Below are positions 28,139 to 32,000 of a stretch of DNA of 32,000 bases, piece by piece. The notes under the pieces are model-generated. The model was not told the origin of the DNA and did no database searches. It was given only the letters and a program-made list of their open reading frames with translations. The first letter of the stretch is position 1. The number at the start of each line of letters is the position of its first letter. The stretch lies in contig NC_017856.1 of the NCBI RefSeq assembly GCF_000260965.1, positions 840,001 through 872,000 on the forward strand. Direction: 5' to 3'. The translations under genes and the position numbers were made by a program. This stretch comes from Methylophaga frappieri. GTDB lineage: Bacteria; Pseudomonadota; Gammaproteobacteria; Nitrosococcales; Methylophagaceae.

Positions 28139-28213
28139 AATGTAATTACATTTTAGGTTTGATAATCAAACCTGTCAACTATAATAGTGGGGATTGGTTT
28201 GATAAGTGAACTC
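28139..28213. promoter_or_regulatory. Divergent early/repressor promoters with palindromic operators
   Basis: Minus strand: TTGACA (28178-28173), a 17-nt spacer, then TAAAAT (28155-28150). The spacer is exactly the palindrome GGTTTGAT-A-ATCAAACC (28156-28172). A second copy, GGTTTGATAAGTGAACT, lies at 28197-28213. A separate perfect palindrome, AATGTAATTACATT, lies at 28139-28152. Plus strand: TATAAT at 28180-28185. Confidence 0.6.
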
Positions 28214-28681
28214 ATCCGCAAACTGATGACAGCTAAGTCATTAACTCAAAATGATTTGGTTGAAATCACCGGTTCTAGCCTGAGTCGCGTAAAAGCGATC
28301 ACGTCTGGCCGTGTTGCGAAATTGAAGTTTGAAGAAACACAAGCATTAGTTAAAAAACTGCATGTTCGTGGTGATTGGCTGGCTACTGGTGAAGAGCCAA
28401 TGTTCCAGTCTGATAAAGAAATAGAATTTCATAGGCGACTGGATCAAGTTAAGGAAAGTACAAACGCTGCAGATCAGTTAGATTTGGACAAAAAACAACA
28501 AGGTCGAATCCAAACCATATTATTTGCACTTGACCAAGATGATCACAGATTGCTGGATGAACAGCTCGGTCAAATATTGACCGATGATGAAGAACAATTG
28601 CTAGAGCAGTACCGAAGTTGTAGCCAGGAAGAACAGGCCGCTGTGAAAATGATGCTGGCTGCGTTCAGAAAAAATCAGTAA
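28187..28681 (+). CDS. Mu c-type repressor (XRE-family HTH N-terminus, no peptidase domain)
   Basis: 164 aa. ISELIRKLMTAKSLTQNDLVEITGSSLSRVKAITSG is an XRE-type HTH, and the gene is divergent from the early operon. The start is uncertain: GTG 28187 or TTG 28199. Confidence 0.75.
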   Translation: MGIGLISELIRKLMTAKSLTQNDLVEITGSSLSRVKAITSGRVAKLKFEETQALVKKLHVRGDWLATGEEPMFQSDKEIEFHRRLDQVKESTNAADQLDLDKKQQGRIQTILFALDQDDHRLLDEQLGQILTDDEEQLLEQYRSCSQEEQAAVKMMLAAFRKNQ

Positions 28682-28693
28682 CGGGGGTTAACA

Positions 28694-29149
28694 ATGAAGG
28701 CATTAAAATGGATTTTGATTATATTGGTTCTTGTCCCTGTCGTACTGGTGTTATCAGTCTATATTCGTACCAAAGCGAGTGGCCCGGTTGGCTGGGCTAA
28801 AGATTACACAACAAAAGAACTTAAAGCCCAGATGAAAGATCCTGATTCGATGGTGATACGTAATTCATATGTTGTACAGCAGCCGTCAGAAGATGGATTT
28901 ACCTATATTGGTATTTGTGGAATTGTAGACGGTAAAAATGGGTTTGGTGGATATAGCGGCGGCTCCAGATTTGTCTCAATCAGCCTCACATCGAAAAACA
29001 CGTTCGATTTTATCTCTGTAACTGTTGAAAACCCTAAAGAGAAAAGAATAGCCAGGGGGGTTGGAGTGATATCTGGTTTTGAAAAAGTGTACTGGAATAA
29101 CTACTGCGTTGATGCTGAGCATCCACCACTAACTGTGGCAGAAACCTAA
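28694..29149 (+). CDS. Membrane-anchored extracytoplasmic protein of unknown function (moron gene 1)
   Basis: 151 aa with an N-terminal TM (WILIILVLVPVVLVLSVYI). It contains the KDPDS...GIVDGKNGFGGYSGG motif, which I have seen in prophage hypothetical proteins. The start lies 12 nt after the repressor stop. Confidence 0.6.
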   Translation: MKALKWILIILVLVPVVLVLSVYIRTKASGPVGWAKDYTTKELKAQMKDPDSMVIRNSYVVQQPSEDGFTYIGICGIVDGKNGFGGYSGGSRFVSISLTSKNTFDFISVTVENPKEKRIARGVGVISGFEKVYWNNYCVDAEHPPLTVAET

Positions 29150-29159
29150 GCGCGGTAAA

Positions 29160-29615
29160 ATGCTCAAAATTCTAGTTTTAGTTATGGGGCTAACTCCACT
29201 GGCCAGTGCAGATTTGTTTACTGGCAAGGTAGTGTCTATTACTGATGGGGATACCATCAAACTGCTCACGCCGGAAAAAGAATTGCTGCGTGTTCGTCTG
29301 ACCGGCATTGATGCGCCTGAACGCAAGCAACCATACTTCAACCGCTCAAAACAAATTCTGTCGGACCTGTGCTTTGATAAGCCTGCCGCCGTTGATTCTT
29401 TAGGCCGAGATCGATATCAGCGAGTGCTTGGCCGAGTTACTTGTGACGGTGTTGATGCTAATGCCTACATGGTTTTTCAGGGGGTGGCCTGGGTTTACAC
29501 AAAATATAATACCGATTCATCCTTGGTTGAATATCAGTCAAAGGCGCAGGCTGCGCGCAAAGGACTCTGGCAGGAACCTAACCCGGTACCACCATGGGAA
29601 TGGAGACGTAAGTGA
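29160..29615 (+). CDS. Secreted thermonuclease (staphylococcal nuclease / SNase fold) (moron gene 2)
   Basis: 151 aa with a signal peptide ending ASA/D. The SNase motifs are DGDT, RLTGIDAPE, DRYQRVLG and a C-terminal GLW...PWEWR. Confidence 0.85.
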   Translation: MLKILVLVMGLTPLASADLFTGKVVSITDGDTIKLLTPEKELLRVRLTGIDAPERKQPYFNRSKQILSDLCFDKPAAVDSLGRDRYQRVLGRVTCDGVDANAYMVFQGVAWVYTKYNTDSSLVEYQSKAQAARKGLWQEPNPVPPWEWRRK

Positions 29616-29699
29616 CATTCCGTTCTCGATAGAAAGCTTTAAATTATCCTCGCGCGTATCTAATAAGCTTTTGCCCGAATTCAAATGACCTTCTGACAC

Positions 29700-29731
29700 A
29701 CGCCTCCGATACTGGAGGCGTATTTGTTTCT
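29700..29731 (+). terminator. Hairpin plus T-rich tract between the nuclease gene and the holin
   Basis: ACGCCTCC-GATACT-GGAGGCGT (8-bp stem) followed by ATTTGTTTCT. It ends 14 nt before the holin ATG. Confidence 0.55.
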
Positions 29732-29745
29732 GTCAGGAGGTTCAC

Positions 29746-30078
29746 ATGCTGCCATTTCTCGCCTTGCCGCGCCTGTCTGGTTGGCTGGTTGTTGCCCTGG
29801 TGCTGATCGTCTTGATTGCACTGATCTCGCCAACTCAGCTGCCAGTCGTGCTCTACAAACTATCCCTTGTCACGTTCGCTACGGTGCTGGCCTATTGGTT
29901 GGATCGGACCTTATTCTATTACGCCAGGCCGCATCAGTTATTTGCTGAAGCCAATGGCCTGCATAAGGACTCGCAGTTTTACGACTCCAACCAGCTAAGG
30001 CTGCAGGCCTCTCTGGCCACACTTCGCCGCGCCTTAATTGTGCTGGCTGTTGTGCTCGGTATGACGTTAGGGCTGTGA
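29746..30078 (+). CDS. Putative holin (110 aa, 2-3 TM)
   Basis: It has an AGGAGG RBS, hydrophobic segments at the N-terminus and C-terminus, and lies immediately upstream of the endolysin with an overlapping stop/start. Confidence 0.55.
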   Translation: MLPFLALPRLSGWLVVALVLIVLIALISPTQLPVVLYKLSLVTFATVLAYWLDRTLFYYARPHQLFAEANGLHKDSQFYDSNQLRLQASLATLRRALIVLAVVLGMTLGL

Positions 30079-30809
30079 AGATGAGAATTAAATTCTCACT
30101 GGCTTATTTACCACTAATCCTTTTTAGCTTGGTTTGTCTGGGCTTTCTTCTTTTATCTAGCTGTCTTCCTGCCTCAGCTTCGATAACTGACAAAAGCGAT
30201 CACGTTGTCGCATTTGAACCGACATTCATCGCCAAAACGATCGGCGCCGATCGTTTTGAGCACGCACCGGTAGAAGCCAGACAGTATCAACGACTATTAC
30301 GACGCAGCGCTCATGCCTACTGGGGTTTAGATGCACCCATTGCCACGATGGCCGGTCAGGTTCATCAGGAAAGCCGCTGGCAGCCGGATGCCAAGTCACC
30401 GGTCGGTGCTGAAGGTCTCGCTCAGTTTATGCCGACCACGTCTGACTGGTTCTCCACACTCTATCCCGACGCGCTTGGTGATAATCAGCCGTTTCATCCT
30501 GGCTGGGCGTTACGTGCCCTGGTTCTGTATGACCACTGGCTCTATCAACGCGTAACTGCTGCAGATAACTGTCAGCGTTGGGCCTTGACCCTGAGCGCCT
30601 ATAACGGCGGGCTGGGTTGGGTGTATCGAGATAAACAACTGGCATCGGCTAAGGGGGCCGATCCGCTGGTTTGGTTTAACTCGATAGAGCACCACTCACG
30701 CCGGGCCGACTGGGCTCGGCGTGAGAATCGAACCTATGTCCGCAATATATTGACCCGCTGGGAGCTGATGTATGCCGCCGCAGGTTGGGGGGCTGGTATA
30801 TGTCATTGA
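30075..30809 (+). CDS. SLT-domain lytic transglycosylase endolysin with an N-terminal signal anchor or lipobox
   Basis: Catalytic motif GQVHQESRWQPDAKSPVGAEGLAQFMPTT and AYNGG. The N-terminal hydrophobic segment ends in LSSC. The start is GTG 30075 (GTGA overlap with the holin) or ATG 30081. Confidence 0.85.
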   Translation: MKMRIKFSLAYLPLILFSLVCLGFLLLSSCLPASASITDKSDHVVAFEPTFIAKTIGADRFEHAPVEARQYQRLLRRSAHAYWGLDAPIATMAGQVHQESRWQPDAKSPVGAEGLAQFMPTTSDWFSTLYPDALGDNQPFHPGWALRALVLYDHWLYQRVTAADNCQRWALTLSAYNGGLGWVYRDKQLASAKGADPLVWFNSIEHHSRRADWARRENRTYVRNILTRWELMYAAAGWGAGICH

Positions 30810-31231
30810 TACTTCGCCAGCTGCTGATGACCTGGTTGCCGCTTTTGCTGTTTGTGGGCTGCGCGGTTGTCGTGCCGTGGTACTGCTACCGGACAGGACT
30901 GGAACATGGCCGCCTGGAAGTCACTGCGCAGACAGATAAACAAACTATCGCCTCGCTGAACGAGCTAATGTCCAATCACCGCGAAATGATTGAGTCGGCG
31001 AATACGGCGAGTAACAGAATTTTGACTCTGACAAGCCAGCGTCAGGCTTATGACGAGATAACAACAAAAACGCTGCAGGAGGTGCTTGATGAAACAGCCG
31101 CTTTACGTGCTGCTTGCGTGTATGACGCTGACGTCATGCGCCAGCTCGAAGACGCCAGGCAACGGGCTGCCGCCGCCGCTGCCAGCGGTTTTGATGGTGC
31201 CGTGTCCAGCCCCGACAGGGCCGGTCAGTAA
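30800..31231 (+). CDS. Rz-like inner-membrane spanin (i-spanin)
   Basis: The track ORF is trimmed to ATG 30800 (MSLILRQLLMTWLPLLLFVGCAVVV...). It has one N-terminal TM followed by a helical periplasmic domain. It overlaps the endolysin end and contains the start of the o-spanin gene. Confidence 0.7.
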   Translation: MSLILRQLLMTWLPLLLFVGCAVVVPWYCYRTGLEHGRLEVTAQTDKQTIASLNELMSNHREMIESANTASNRILTLTSQRQAYDEITTKTLQEVLDETAALRAACVYDADVMRQLEDARQRAAAAAASGFDGAVSSPDRAGQ

Positions 31232-31340
31232 TCATGCTGATGCCATGGTGACAGCGCTGAAACAGGTTTATGACCAGTATGGAATTTGTGCCGGCAGGCT
31301 ATTTGAACTGCAGCATTATCTGATAGGGATTGATAAATGA
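31089..31340 (+). CDS. Rz1-like outer-membrane lipoprotein spanin (o-spanin), overlapped architecture
   Basis: ATG 31089 follows AGGAGGTG. MKQPLYVLLACMTLTSC carries the lipobox LTSC, and the mature part is Pro-rich. The gene starts in the +1 frame inside Rz and extends 109 nt past the Rz stop. Confidence 0.75.
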   Translation: MKQPLYVLLACMTLTSCASSKTPGNGLPPPLPAVLMVPCPAPTGPVSNHADAMVTALKQVYDQYGICAGRLFELQHYLIGIDK

Positions 31341-31717
31341 TAGACACGATCAATTTAAACGATGTGTTATCGCTGGTTGCGATCATCTTGACTGTTATCG
31401 GCGGCTTCTGGGCGCTCGCTAAGGTGTTAGTGAAATTGCTGGCACAGCATCTTGACAGCAAGTTCGCGGCGCTGGACGGCAAGTTTGCTGATCTCGATAG
31501 TCAGCTTGATCGAATGGAGCGAAGTGACACTGAAAATCAAAAACAAATGTCAGAGCTGGAGCGGGACATGTTGCGGTTGCGTGCTGAGCTACCTAATCAG
31601 TATGTGAGACGTGAGGATTATGTCAGGGGGCAAACAGTGATAGAGAGCAAGCTCGATGCTCAAGCCAACATGCTGCAAAGCTTGCAGCTGCAACAGGCTG
31701 GAGTTAAAGACAAATGA
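31337..31717 (+). CDS. Small TM plus coiled-coil protein downstream of the lysis cassette
   Basis: 126 aa with an N-terminal TM (LSLVAIILTVIGGFWALA) followed by a coiled coil. It overlaps Rz1 with ATGA. Similar proteins follow the lysis genes in Mu-like phages, as I recall (DUF2730-like). Confidence 0.5.
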   Translation: MIDTINLNDVLSLVAIILTVIGGFWALAKVLVKLLAQHLDSKFAALDGKFADLDSQLDRMERSDTENQKQMSELERDMLRLRAELPNQYVRREDYVRGQTVIESKLDAQANMLQSLQLQQAGVKDK

Positions 31718-31815
31718 ATTTGAAGTGCGGCGTAGCGGCATCCGGATTGCAGCAAGCCAACACTCTGCTCAACCGCAGGGTAACTGCAAACGGACTAAAT
31801 TTAAGGGAGTATTAA

Positions 31816-32000
31816 ATGGCTGACTTTACTAAAATTCGCCGAGAGCAAATGCGCTGGTCTATTCTGCTGACGTTGAATCATGCACGCCCTGTAGGCGCTC
31901 ATGAGCAAATGGTATTGTCCACTGTACAGGCAGTGTATCCGGATGCGACAGCGCATGAAGTGCGTCGCGAACTGGACTATCTGGAAAACCGGGAATTGGT
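31816..32000 (+). CDS. Hypothetical late-region protein, N-terminal fragment (runs off the window end)
   Basis: ATG 31816 follows an AAGGGAG RBS. Own translation: MADFTKIRREQMRWSILLTLNHARPVGAHEQMVLSTVQAVYPDATAHEVRRELDYLENRELV. The frame stays open to the window end. Confidence 0.5.
   Translation, partial: MADFTKIRREQMRWSILLTLNHARPVGAHEQMVLSTVQAVYPDATAHEVRRELDYLENREL

Larger units (their letters stand above)
18106..32000. mobile_element. Mu-like (BcepMu-type) transposable prophage, one arm; continues past the window end
   Basis: It carries a DDE MuA-like transposase, a MuB-like ATPase, Ner-like and c-like regulators, GemA, Mor, DUF3164/DUF2786/DUF3102-like early genes, a holin-SLT-Rz/Rz1 lysis cassette and a Mu-type terminal repeat structure at 18106. 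Confidence 0.9.

Noticed and set aside
29724-29948. A 74-aa ORF in an alternative frame over the holin start.
   Set aside because: It has a non-ATG start inside the terminator tail. The adjacent frame has an AGGAGG RBS and a membrane-protein character.
1-32000. A search by eye for CRISPR arrays, tRNA or rRNA genes, integrons and IS elements.
   Set aside because: I found no regularly spaced direct repeats, cloverleaf candidates or rRNA-like segments. The only transposase is the Mu-type A gene.

Overview
The window has two parts. Positions 1-18105 are conserved gammaproteobacterial housekeeping genes: trmD (partial), rimM, rpsP, ffh, ypjD, yfjD, an unknown Q-rich protein, asmA-family, mutY, yggX, a cold-shock protein, a DUF4197-like protein, a CxxCH membrane protein, tandem ABC-F genes uup and yheS, ung, msrB and a GIY-YIG gene. 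Positions 18106 to the window end are one arm of a Mu-like (BcepMu-type) transposable prophage. Its early operon runs on the minus strand from a divergent operator region at about 28140-28210. That operon encodes a Ner-like protein, two small regulators, a DUF3102-like protein, a DDE transposase, a MuB-like ATPase, a full-length CsrA homolog, several unknown proteins, a DUF3164-like protein, a DUF2786-like protein, a 290-nt structured non-coding gap, a YfbR-like HD nucleotidase, GemA and Mor, and ends at a terminator. On the plus strand the repressor is followed by two exported accessory (moron) genes, a membrane-anchored protein and a secreted SNase-type nuclease, then a terminator. Next comes a lysis cassette of holin, SLT endolysin and overlapped Rz/Rz1 spanins, followed by the start of the late genes. 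The prophage terminus can be placed at 18106. There the terminal TGAA and two 22-bp-phased repeats match my recollection of the Mu R1-R2 end, and the phage TGA supplies the stop codon of the host GIY-YIG gene. The best candidates for new biology are the nuclease pair that appears co-transcribed with the repressor, the early-operon CsrA, and the structured 290-nt gap. I saw no rRNA, tRNA or CRISPR array. All family assignments rest on motif recognition by eye and need database confirmation.
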